Part shown: positions 1-8,996 of the stretch, piece by piece
Layout of the letters: the number at the start of each line of letters is the position of its first letter
Numbering within the stretch: the first letter of the stretch is position 1
NCBI GenBank assembly: GCA_037441385.1
Contig: JBBISH010000013.1
Span: 1-64,000 of the forward strand
Origin: Myxococcales bacterium
GTDB lineage: Bacteria > Myxococcota_A > UBA9042
DNA: 64,000 nt
Reading direction: 5' to 3'
Translations under genes and position numbers: made by a program
Notes under the pieces: model-generated
The model's input: the letters and a program-made list of their open reading frames with translations, nothing else
The model's database searches: none
Told to the model about the DNA's origin: nothing

Positions 1-106
1 GCGTGGCCCAGCGGGGCGCGGGTGCCGGCTCCTGGCCCGGTGTGAGCGGGGTCTGCGCCACGCCCAGCTTGGGGCGGCGGGCGTCGAACACCCGCAGCGC
101 GCTGCC

Positions 107-1534
107 ATGGCCGCCCGCTCGAGCGCCCCGCAGATGCCGCCGCCGCCGCTCCACGACGACAGTCAGGCCCTGATCGATGGCTTGCGCGGCGATCTGGCTC
201 AACGCGACGCGCGGATCCAAGAGCTGAAGGTCGAAGTCGAGTCGCTGAACCGCCGGCTGGAAGATGCGCGCAACGACACGCAAAAGGCCCAACTGCAAAC
301 CGACCTGGACAACGCCCGCCGCGCCGCCAACGACGCGATCACGCAGGGCGATGCCGCCAAGGCCGAAGCGGCCGGTCTGCATGGCCAACTCGCCGCCCTG
401 CGGAGTGAACTCGACCACGCACGCGTCCAGCTGGCCGAGGCGGGCAGTGGCTCGCGGGCCGAGGACGAGCGCCATATCGAAGCCCTGCAGAACGAGCTGC
501 AGGTGCTGCGCGAAAGCCTGGCCGCGGCGCAGGAGAAATTCGAGGAAGCCCGCGCGGGACGCCGCAACGCCGAGGAGTTGGCGGGTTTGCAGCGCATGCG
601 CGCGGACGCCAACGAAGGCACCTTGGCCGCCCTCAAGGCCGAAGTGGCGCGCCTGCAACAAGCTGCGCAAAGCCACGTGGACGCGGGCGAAACCGTGAGC
701 GCCGCCGAGTACGACGCTCAGGTCGAGGCCCGCGAAGAGGCCGAGAACCGCGCCCACGCCGCCGAGCGCGAGTTGGCCCAGTTCAAGCGCGCCCAAGCCG
801 CGCAAAAGGACCCGGCGGCGCTAGAGGCGCAGATCGCCGATCTGCAGGCTCGTCTGGCTCAGGCCGAAGCCAAACCGGCACCGGCCGCCCAAGAGTCGCC
901 CGATGCGACCGAGCTGGCACGCCTGCGGTTGCAGCTCAAGGCCGAAAAGGCCCGCACCACGCAGCTGGAAGCCGATCTGGCAGCCCAGCCCGCCGCGGCG
1001 CCGGCCGACGACGCCGCGCTGGTGGCAGCGCAGAGTGAAATCGCCCAGCTTCGCAGCGAGTTGAACGCGGCCAAGACGGCGAGCAGCGGCGGCGGCGACT
1101 CGGCCGAACTCCGCAGTCAGCTCGAGAAGCTGACCGCGGCCAACCGCGAGCTGCAAGAGACCATCAGCGCCAACCTGAAGCGGATTCAGCGCTTGACGGC
1201 CCAATCGGCCACGGCTGGCGACACAGAGGGTCTTACGCGGCAGATCGCCAAGCTGCAGGCTGACTTGGCGGCTGCCCAGGCGCGGCCGAGCGGCGGCGGC
1301 CTGGCCGACCCCAAGGTGGTGCGGCTGGTCCAAGACCTCAACGGCTTGTCCAAGAGCTTCATCAACGAATTCGACGCGGTCGCCGATGCGATCGACCGCA
1401 TGCGCGGCGAAGACGCGGCCGAGCGGGACGAGGCGGCCGCCGAGTTGCCCGAGTCGCTGGAGAAGTGCCAGAACCTTAGCCAAGAAATCAAGAACCTGGT
1501 CCGCGACCTGCGCGCGGCAGTCGAAGCTGGTTGA
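107..1534 (+). CDS. Long coiled-coil protein (may extend 5' beyond the window)
   Basis: 475 aa Ala/Glu/Gln/Leu heptad-rich ORF; frame is also open upstream to the window edge; stop overlaps next start (TTGA). Confidence 0.75.
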   Translation: MAARSSAPQMPPPPLHDDSQALIDGLRGDLAQRDARIQELKVEVESLNRRLEDARNDTQKAQLQTDLDNARRAANDAITQGDAAKAEAAGLHGQLAALRSELDHARVQLAEAGSGSRAEDERHIEALQNELQVLRESLAAAQEKFEEARAGRRNAEELAGLQRMRADANEGTLAALKAEVARLQQAAQSHVDAGETVSAAEYDAQVEAREEAENRAHAAERELAQFKRAQAAQKDPAALEAQIADLQARLAQAEAKPAPAAQESPDATELARLRLQLKAEKARTTQLEADLAAQPAAAPADDAALVAAQSEIAQLRSELNAAKTASSGGGDSAELRSQLEKLTAANRELQETISANLKRIQRLTAQSATAGDTEGLTRQIAKLQADLAAAQARPSGGGLADPKVVRLVQDLNGLSKSFINEFDAVADAIDRMRGEDAAERDEAAAELPESLEKCQNLSQEIKNLVRDLRAAVEAG

Positions 1535-2235
1535 TCGTCATGGGCGCCACCCCCAACGCCGCCCAACCGGCCGTTGTCCTGCCCAGCGAAGGCGCCGAAG
1601 TCACCGTACTGGTTGAACGCGACGGCGCCCCGCTCAGCCAGCGCGCGCGCGTCGGCAAGGTGGGGGCTGCCAGCCTGCTCTTGCAGCGTGCGACGGGCGC
1701 TCCGGCCCATCTGGCGCCCTTTGGCCACGGGCCGCGGTCCCCGCTGCACGCCTACGACCATGTCACGGTGATGTTCGAAGTCGCCGGGCGGCTGCACCTG
1801 TGGCCAATGATGGTGGAAGAAGTGCTGCCGTCGAGTTGCTACCTAGTGGCCGAGCACACGCCAACTGTGGGCGAACGCAGGCAATTCGTCCGGGCCCGCG
1901 TGCACGCCAGCCTGGGCGTTGGCCGGGTGGGCGGGGCTCAGCCGATCGTGCGGCCCTGCGCGTTTGACTTGTCGGCCTCGGGCCTGAGCGCTGTGGTCCC
2001 GGATTCGTGGGACCCGGGCACGCATGTGGTGGTGGCGATCGTCGAGGGGCCGGATTTGTTGCCCATCGTGGCTACCAGCGAAGTGGTGCGCTGCACGGTA
2101 GCCAAGGGCGGCTATCAACTAGCCGTCATTTTTGACGAACTGACCTCGCAAGACGAGAAGCGGCTCGCCCACTTGGTCCACACGGCGCGCGAGCAAGCGC
2201 TGGTGGAGCGATTGGGGCGGCGCCGCGCGATCTAG
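1531..2235 (+). CDS. PilZ-domain protein
   Basis: C-terminal ERRQFVR...DLSASG (RxxxR and DxSxxG c-di-GMP motifs). Confidence 0.75.
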   Translation: MIVMGATPNAAQPAVVLPSEGAEVTVLVERDGAPLSQRARVGKVGAASLLLQRATGAPAHLAPFGHGPRSPLHAYDHVTVMFEVAGRLHLWPMMVEEVLPSSCYLVAEHTPTVGERRQFVRARVHASLGVGRVGGAQPIVRPCAFDLSASGLSAVVPDSWDPGTHVVVAIVEGPDLLPIVATSEVVRCTVAKGGYQLAVIFDELTSQDEKRLAHLVHTAREQALVERLGRRRAI

Positions 2236-2262
2236 AGTTGCGGCCAAGTCCTGCACACTCGT

Positions 2263-2561
2263 CTAGGGCACCGATCAGAAACCCGACCCTGCGGCCAAAC
2301 GTCGCGGCGGGTCGCGGCCGTGTGGGCATCTTGGGGCCCGCTTGCGACCCTCTGATACCAGTTCCGTCCGAATCGGATCGAAAACTCGGGCAATTCTTCG
2401 GGCCCGAACCGGGGTCCCCGCCTGATTCTCGCCGGTTGCAGACCGGGCCAGAGAAGCCGTACAGGCGCGAATCAGGTGGGGTGCGTATGAGCAGCAACGA
2501 GTTCTCGTCTGCGAGTGGTCGCGTTGCTCTGAACCTCGGAGATTTGTGATTGGCGTTCTAG
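2263..2561 (+). mobile_element. CTAG-flanked ~156-bp MITE-like element (family B, copy 1), interrupted by a family-A element
   Basis: CTAG at 2263-2266 and 2558-2561; imperfect terminal IR (ggcaccgatcagaaa / tttgtgattggcgtt); right half matches the reverse complement of 42489-42575 once 135 bp are removed. Confidence 0.7.
2356..2487 (+). mobile_element. 132-bp MITE (family A) copy 1
   Basis: TACCAGTTCCG...GGGGTGCGTA flanked by TGA on both sides (2353-2355, 2488-2490). Confidence 0.9.
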
Positions 2562-3598
2562 CTTGCCAAACCGCCGCTGCCTGGGCCACCTTCGGACGGG
2601 CGGCGACGCACGACTTTGCCTGGCGCCGACGATGGGGCGAGCGCCTCGGCCCGGCGAATGTACATCTCGTTGTTGCCGTCGACCGAGCGGATGAACAGTT
2701 CGCGCTCGCGGCTCATGCACATGTTGAACACGCGCTTGGCGTCGTCGGCATTGAGCCAGCCCGCGTCGATGCTGACTTGGATGAGTTCGTCGCGGTTGCG
2801 CGGTCCGGGGTTGGCCTTCATCCAGCCGTCGAGTTGATCGACGAGGCGGCCGGTTCGCACCTTGGGCGCCGGCTGGGCCGGAACCTTGGTCACCGGCTTG
2901 GCCGCGGCGACCGGGGGCTCTGCGGCCGCGAGAGGGGCGGCAGGGGCAGCCGAGGGCGCGGACACTGCGCCAACGGGATGGGTGCGCGGGCGACCAGGCA
3001 GCGCCGGTTTGTGCGGTTGGCTCGGGGCGGCTGCGCTGGCGGCCGTGGCGGCCTCGGTCGCGGTTGCCGGGATGGTCGCTGCTGCTGCCAGGGGCGTCGT
3101 GCGCGGACGGCCGGGGGAGCCCTCTTGCCGCGGCTGCGGTCCGCCAATGGGTCGACCTGGCTTCTTGACCTCGCCTGCCGGTGCGGCGAGCGCCACGCTA
3201 GGCGCGGCCGCCGGAGTCGCGGGCAGCGCGACGGTAGCGGCGCGCGGCACGACTTGCGCTGAAGCGGCCGCCGTTTCAGGCAGGACTTTGTGGTCGCCGG
3301 CCGCGGGCTGGGCTGGGACGTACGAGGCGGCCCCAGTGCGCGCCGGGACCACCTGACCGTGGCCATCGGGCTCGCGGCTCGTCCAACGCACATCCGCACT
3401 TGCAGTGGCACTGCTCGCGGCGCGAGCGAGCTCGGGGGCCTTGGCCGCGTGCGCGCGCGACAGGGCCTCCAAGAACTGGGCTATGGCGTACAATTCCGCC
3501 ACCGAAGTCGTTGCCCCCGGTTCAGTTTGGAGGTGGAATCGATCCCCTTCGGCCGCAGTGACCAAGAGACCGCCAAAACGCAATTCGAGCTTCATCAC
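2558..3598 (-). CDS. Hypothetical Ala/Pro-rich protein with GRP(R) motifs and a possible C-terminal winged-helix domain
   Basis: 346 aa ORF, GTGA overlap with the upstream ABC ATPase; low-complexity linker and compact C-terminal domain. Confidence 0.6.
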   Translation of the reverse strand: MMKLELRFGGLLVTAAEGDRFHLQTEPGATTSVAELYAIAQFLEALSRAHAAKAPELARAASSATASADVRWTSREPDGHGQVVPARTGAASYVPAQPAAGDHKVLPETAAASAQVVPRAATVALPATPAAAPSVALAAPAGEVKKPGRPIGGPQPRQEGSPGRPRTTPLAAAATIPATATEAATAASAAAPSQPHKPALPGRPRTHPVGAVSAPSAAPAAPLAAAEPPVAAAKPVTKVPAQPAPKVRTGRLVDQLDGWMKANPGPRNRDELIQVSIDAGWLNADDAKRVFNMCMSRERELFIRSVDGNNEMYIRRAEALAPSSAPGKVVRRRPSEGGPGSGGLAS

Positions 3599-4359
3599 GC
3601 TACTCCTGAGGCAGCCAAGGCGGCGACCTCGCTAGTTTGCAGCAAACCTGCCGGTGCGGCCGCCGCTTGTGGGGCAGGGCCTTGCAGGCGTTCGTCGCAC
3701 TGAATGGCGCCATCCCGGATCACCAACAGGCGGGTACCGACACGAGCGGCCTGTTCATCGTGGGTGACCATGACCACGGTGGCTCCGTGTTCGCTGGCCT
3801 GGCGGCGCAACAGCTGCAGGACTTCGCGGCCCGAGGCCGAGTCCAAATTCCCAGTGGGTTCATCCGCCAAAATGATCGGCGGCGCAGTTACAAAAGCGCG
3901 GGCGATCGCCACACGCTGCATCTCGCCGCCGCTAAGTTGGCCGGGCTTGTGGTCCAACCGGTGCCCAAGGCCAACGTGCTCGAGCAGCGCGCGGGCGCGG
4001 CCGCGGTCCTCGCCCGAGGCGGCCCGCCCCATCAGCACCGGCAGCAGCACATTCTCCATGGCGGTCAACGTGGGCAGCAAGTTGAAGAACTGGAAAATCA
4101 GGCCGATACGATTTCGACGGAACAGAGTGACTTCGTCGTCGCTGAGCGCGGCGATCGGCCGACCGTCCAGGATGATGGACCCGCTAGAGGGGCGATCAAG
4201 GGCGCTCAAAAGGTTGAGCAGGGTCGACTTGCCGCTGCCGGAAGGACCCATGATCGAGACGAATTCGCCGGGCGCAATCGCCAAGTTGACATCGCGCAGC
4301 GCCTCGACAGGCACGTCGCCGTGATCATAGCGTTTGCTGACGTGTTGAAGTTCAATCAT
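3595..4359 (-). CDS. ABC transporter ATP-binding protein (LolD/MacB type)
   Basis: GPSGSGKST Walker A, LSGGEMQRVAIARA signature, ILADEPTGNLD, VTHD. Confidence 0.93.
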   Translation of the reverse strand: MIELQHVSKRYDHGDVPVEALRDVNLAIAPGEFVSIMGPSGSGKSTLLNLLSALDRPSSGSIILDGRPIAALSDDEVTLFRRNRIGLIFQFFNLLPTLTAMENVLLPVLMGRAASGEDRGRARALLEHVGLGHRLDHKPGQLSGGEMQRVAIARAFVTAPPIILADEPTGNLDSASGREVLQLLRRQASEHGATVVMVTHDEQAARVGTRLLVIRDGAIQCDERLQGPAPQAAAAPAGLLQTSEVAALAASGVA

Positions 4360-4385
4360 AGATGACGCGCCACTACCCAGGCCTC

Positions 4386-4414
4386 ATCGTGCACGCGCGC
4401 GATCGGCCAGTCAA
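4386..4414 (-). promoter_or_regulatory. Putative sigma70 promoter for the ABC ATPase operon
   Basis: Minus strand TTGACT-N17-CACGAT, 26 nt before the start codon. Confidence 0.35.
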
Positions 4415-4581
4415 GACCCCACCGTTGTGGCACGCGCACATAAGTGTTTGCACAGTCTTGGGTGCGCCGTGGCCCGAGCCGCGCGCGAGGGTTGCAGGGG
4501 GCGGCGTGGCCTTTGACCAAGAGTCCAAAGAGTTGCCGGATATTCCGAGCCGATTCCAACAGATTCCAGATCGCATGACGG

Positions 4582-7314
4582 TCAGGCTGCGGGGCCAGCG
4601 GCGGCCACGCGCTCGACGCGGACTGCGCAGACCTTGTACTCCGCAGTCCCGGTGATCGGGTCGCCCTTGTCGATAGTGAGCAAGTTGGTTCGCGTAGCTG
4701 TGGCAAAGTTGTGCATCGGCATCCAAACCAGCCCGTGCCGCACGCGCGGGCTGACGAGAACTGGCACCTCGACCTCGCCGCGACGCGACACGACTCGCAC
4801 CAGTTCGCCGTCGACCACGCCCAAATCCTTGGCATCGCGACGCGACATCTCTACGAAATTGCTAGAAAACTTCATGTTTGGCCCGCGATCACGGCGGGTT
4901 TGGTTGCCGGCGTTGTAGTGGTACAGGACGCGGCCCGTCGACAATACCAACGGATACTCGCTGCTGGTGGGCTCGACCGGCGGGCGGTAGGCCACGGCGT
5001 GCAACAACACCTTGCCGCGCATCGGCGCCCCCACGTGCAGCGTGGCCGTCCCGCCGTGGTCGGGCGCCGGGCAGGGCCACTGCAGGCCACCATCGCGGTC
5101 CAAGCGCTGATGCGAAATGCCGGCCAACTTGGGACTTTGCCGGGCCATCTCGGCCCAGATGTCGGCCGGCGTCGCATAGGCTGGCATCGGATAGCCACAC
5201 GCGCGCGCCAGATCGGCCAGGATCTGCCAGTCGGGTCGCGCTTGACCGGGCGGAGCGACGGCACGCCGGACGCGCTGGACCCGCCGATCGGTGTTGGTAA
5301 AGGTGCCGTCCTTTTCGGCAAAGCAGGCCGCGGGCAACACCACATGCGCAAAGCGCGCCGTCTCGCTGGGGAAAATCTCTTGTACGACGACAAAGTCGAG
5401 CTCGTTCAGCCCGCGCTCCAGGCGCGCCGCGTTGGGCTCGGACACCACGATGTCTTCGCCCATGACGAACAGGCCGCGGATCGTGCCCTCTTCGATGCCG
5501 TGCATGATCTCGTTGAGGTTCAGGCCGCGTTCGGTCGGCAGGGTTGCGCCCCACTCGGCCTCGAAGCGGGCGCGCGCCGTCGCGTCGGCCACCTTCTGCA
5601 CCCCCGGCAAGTTGTCGGGATGGGCGCCCACGTCGCCAGCACCTTGGACATTGTTCTGCCCACGCAAGGGGTTGAGGCCCGCCGAGCGGACGCCCAGGTG
5701 CCCGGTGATCGCCACCAGATTGGCCAGGGCAAACACGTTGTCCGTGCCGTGGGTGTGCTCGGTAATGCCCAAGGTATAGAAGATCGCAGCTTTCTTGGTG
5801 GTCGCATAGGCGCGCGCCAGCTGGCGGATTTGCTCGGCCGGCACGCCCGTGATGCTCTCGGACCGCTCGGGCGTGTACTCGGCGACCAATGCGGCGAATT
5901 CTGTAAAATTCTCGGTATATTGCTCAACGTAGGCTTTGTCGTACAAGTCCTCGGCCACGATGACGTGGGCCAGGGCGTTGATCAGCCAGACGTCGGTTCC
6001 AGGCCGGTGCTGCAGGTGCTGCTCGGCCATCTGGGTCAGCCAAATCGCCCGCGGATCGGCGACGAACAGCCGCGCCCCGCGGTGCAGCGCCCGCTTCATC
6101 TCCATCGCGATGACCGGATGGGCCTCGGTGGTGTTGCTGCCGATCACGAACAGCAAGTCGCAGTCCCGGATTTCCGGAACCGAGTTGGTCATCGCACCCG
6201 CGCCGAAGGTGGCCGCCAGACCGGCGACCGTGGGATCGTGTCAAGTTGCCGCGCATTGGTGGACGTTGTTGGTCTGGAACACCGCGCGCGCCAGCTTCTG
6301 CACCAGGTAGTTCTCTTCGTTGGTGCAGCGCGACGACGAGACGAAGCCCAGCGCGTTGGGGCCGTGGCGGTCCCGCACGCCCAGTAGACCTTTGGCCGCG
6401 TAGTGCAGCGCTTCGTCCCAGGTGGCATCGTGCAACTGCCCATCAGCGCCGCGGATCTGCGGTTGGCGCAAGCGGTCTTCGTGGTGGACAAAGCCGTAGG
6501 CGAAGCGGCCTTTGACGCACAGGTTGCCGTCGTTGACCGTCTCGCCCGGCGGCGGCGCGGTGACCTGGATGATCTTGCCGTTCTGCACGTTCAAGTCGAG
6601 CTGGCAGCCCACGCCGCAGAAATTGCAGGTGCTGCGGACTTTTTGCACGCTGCCCGGCTGCTCGAAGCGGGGCGCCTGCTTGGCGTGCATGGCGCCGGTG
6701 GGGCACACATCGACGCAGCCGCCGCAAAGCTCGCAGGTCGTGTCGAGCAGCCCCCGGCCGCCGGCGGTGGCGATGCTCGTTTCGGCACCGCGCCAGGCCA
6801 GCTGGATGGCGCTGACGGCCTCGACCTCGTCGCAATAGCGGGTGCAGCGCGCACACAAGATGCACAGGTCGGGATCGTAGGCCACGTAGGGGTTGGTGTC
6901 GGGACCGCGCGGGTGGCGCGGCGAATCGATGGCCAGTAGCCGCTTGAAGTCCGCAGTTTGCGCCCAGGTTCGCAGTTCGTTGCCTTGCGTGGTGTGCACG
7001 GGCAGGCCCTGTGCGTCGACGCGGTGGTCGGCCACGTACAACCCCAAGAGGGTCGCGCGGTGGCGCTCGACGCGTGCCGAGTGGGTCGATACGCGCAAGT
7101 CGTTGGAGACCGGCCAATTGCACGCCGGCTGCAGGCGTCGCTGACCCTCGATCTCGACGAGGCAGGCCCGACAGCAGCCTGCCGCGTCCAGGCGCTCGTC
7201 GTGGCAGAGCGTAGGGATGGCGATGTGGTTGCGCTTGGCGACTTGCAGGACCGTTTCGCCCGGTTGCGCGGCAAGGGCCTGACCGTCGATGTGAACGACG
7301 AGCGAATCAGCCAT
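4582..7314 (-). CDS. fdhF: Selenocysteine-containing formate dehydrogenase alpha subunit (FdhF/FdsA type, N-terminal Fe-S domains), 910 aa
   Basis: ORFs 6241..7347 and 4582..6192 are one frame split by TGA at 6243-6241 in NNVHQCAAT-U-HDPTVAGL (Mo/W ligand position); CNFCGVGC, LRGQNNVQG, 2Fe-2S and 2x4Fe-4S motifs; AGGAG RBS before ATG 7314. Confidence 0.93.
6211..6243 (-). promoter_or_regulatory. UGA-Sec codon and bacterial SECIS hairpin
   Basis: UGA CACGAUCCCAC GGUCGCC-GGUCU-GGCGGCC: 7-bp stem after an 11-nt spacer with a GU-containing loop, resembling the E. coli fdhF SECIS. Confidence 0.85.
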
Positions 7315-8851
7315 GGTGGTGCTCCTGGGAGTGCGGCCGGCGGCCAAAATGATGGGGAAAATGCTGCAGTGCGCTGGTCAGCGGCAACGCCGCCACCTGG
7401 CCCAAGCCGCAGATCGAGCCTTCGACCATTTCCCACGCGACGTCGCGGACATCGTTGAGTTCGGCGGGATCGCCGCTGGCCAAGTAGCGATCCAGGGCCT
7501 GACGCATCCAGCGGCTGCCCAAACGGCAGGGCGCACACTGGCCACAGCTTTCGTGTTCAAAAAAGCCCAGTTGCCAGTGCACGGCCAGCGGCAGGTCCAC
7601 GCTATCGTTCAGCACGACGGCGCCGGCGCTGCCTAGCATCGAGCCGACTTGGCCAAGGCTGGCAAAATCGAGGGGTCGACTGCGCTCGCTCATGGGCAGG
7701 AAGCCGGACGACGCGCCACCAGGCGAAAAGGCAAGCGGAGTGCCTACATAACCGCCGGCACAAGCGACCAGCTCGTCCAAGGTGACGCCCAGCGGCAGCT
7801 CGTATACGCCAGGGCGCGCCACGTGGCCCGAGATGCAGTACAGCTTGGCCCCCGGCTCGCGGCGGCCCAGGCTGGCAAAGCGGGCGCCGCCGCGCAAGAC
7901 GATGTCGGGTACGCAAGCCAACGTCTCGACGTTGTGGATCAGCGTGGGTTGATTGCGAAAACCGCGCTCGGTGGGGAACGGCGGCTTGAGGCGGGGCATG
8001 CCGCGGCGGCCTTCCAGGCTTTCCAGCAAAGCCGTCTCTTCGCCGCAGATGTAGGCGCCCTGGCCGCGCACGATGTGGACTTCCAGGCCAGCTAGCGGGC
8101 CCAAAAGCGCCGTATCGATGGCGTCTTGCAGGATGCGGCGCTCGCGCTCGAATTCACCGCGCAGGTAGATGTAGATCTGGGTCGCACCCACGACGTGGGC
8201 GGCAATCGCCAGGCCTTCCAGCAGCTTGTCGGGTTGGCGGCGAATCACCTCGCGGTCCTTGAAGGTGCCGGGCTCGCCTTCGTCGGCGTTGCACACAACG
8301 TAACGCGTAGGGCTGGGCTGGTTCCGCACGCTGCGCCACTTGAAATGAGCGGCAAACCCAGCGCCGCCGCGGCCTTGCAAGCCGGAGGCCTGCAGCTCGC
8401 TCAGCACCGCCTCGGGCCCCAGCTTGAGCGCCGCGCCCAAGCCCCGGTAGCGGCGATCGCGCGGCCCACCCAGGTCGATCGGCAGATTGGAGTCGGCGGG
8501 CAGCACGTGCGCGGGTTGGTCGTTGGCCGCAAGAGGCAGCAAGGTCGGCCCCACGGCCGCCGGGGCAACGTCGCACAGGCCTAGACAAGCGACCGAATCT
8601 GTCGCCACACCTTGCGCGACCAGTTGGTGGTGCAGCCGGTCGGCGCCGTGCAGCTGACACGACAAGCCGTTGCACACCAAGGTTTTCTGCGGATCGCGGC
8701 GCAACAGCCCGTAAAAGGTCCCGGCGCCCCACACATCGGCCTCGGGCACGCCGCTCAGACGCGCAACCTGGGCCACCGCCGCCGCCGAAGCGCCGCCCCG
8801 GTCGGCCAGTTGCTGCAAGATGCCTTCGCGCTGCGCTGACTTGCTCTGCAT
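7307..8851 (-). CDS. NuoE-NuoF-like fused diaphorase subunit of NAD-dependent formate dehydrogenase
   Basis: CNGLSC...CLGLC (2Fe-2S), GRGGAGF, NADEGEPGTFKDR, GAYICGEETALLESLEG, CGQCAPC...CGLG. Confidence 0.9.
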   Translation of the reverse strand: MQSKSAQREGILQQLADRGGASAAAVAQVARLSGVPEADVWGAGTFYGLLRRDPQKTLVCNGLSCQLHGADRLHHQLVAQGVATDSVACLGLCDVAPAAVGPTLLPLAANDQPAHVLPADSNLPIDLGGPRDRRYRGLGAALKLGPEAVLSELQASGLQGRGGAGFAAHFKWRSVRNQPSPTRYVVCNADEGEPGTFKDREVIRRQPDKLLEGLAIAAHVVGATQIYIYLRGEFERERRILQDAIDTALLGPLAGLEVHIVRGQGAYICGEETALLESLEGRRGMPRLKPPFPTERGFRNQPTLIHNVETLACVPDIVLRGGARFASLGRREPGAKLYCISGHVARPGVYELPLGVTLDELVACAGGYVGTPLAFSPGGASSGFLPMSERSRPLDFASLGQVGSMLGSAGAVVLNDSVDLPLAVHWQLGFFEHESCGQCAPCRLGSRWMRQALDRYLASGDPAELNDVRDVAWEMVEGSICGLGQVAALPLTSALQHFPHHFGRRPHSQEHHHG

Positions 8852-8864
8852 CCTCGGCCCCTTA

Positions 8865-8996
8865 TACCAGATCCGTCCAAATCAGATCGAAAACTCGGGC
8901 AATTTTTCGGGCCCGAACCGGGGTCCCCGCCTGATTCTCGCCAGTTGCAGAACGGGTCAGAAATGCCGTACAGGCGCGAATCAGGTGGGGTGCGTA
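8865..8996 (+). mobile_element. 132-bp MITE (family A) copy 2
   Basis: Flanked by TTA on both sides (8862-8864, 8997-8999); this TTA is the TAA stop of the permease gene. Confidence 0.9.

Noticed and set aside
2356..2487. IS630-style TA duplication for MITE-A
   Set aside because: Empty-site reconstructions in hsdR and in the family-B element work only with a 3-bp duplication and TA belonging to the element.
4428..4445. sigma54 promoter (TGGCACG)
   Set aside because: No TTGC at the -12 position and no plus-strand gene downstream.
6241..6243. Apparent premature stop making fdh a pseudogene
   Set aside because: Position, following His and SECIS hairpin indicate selenocysteine.
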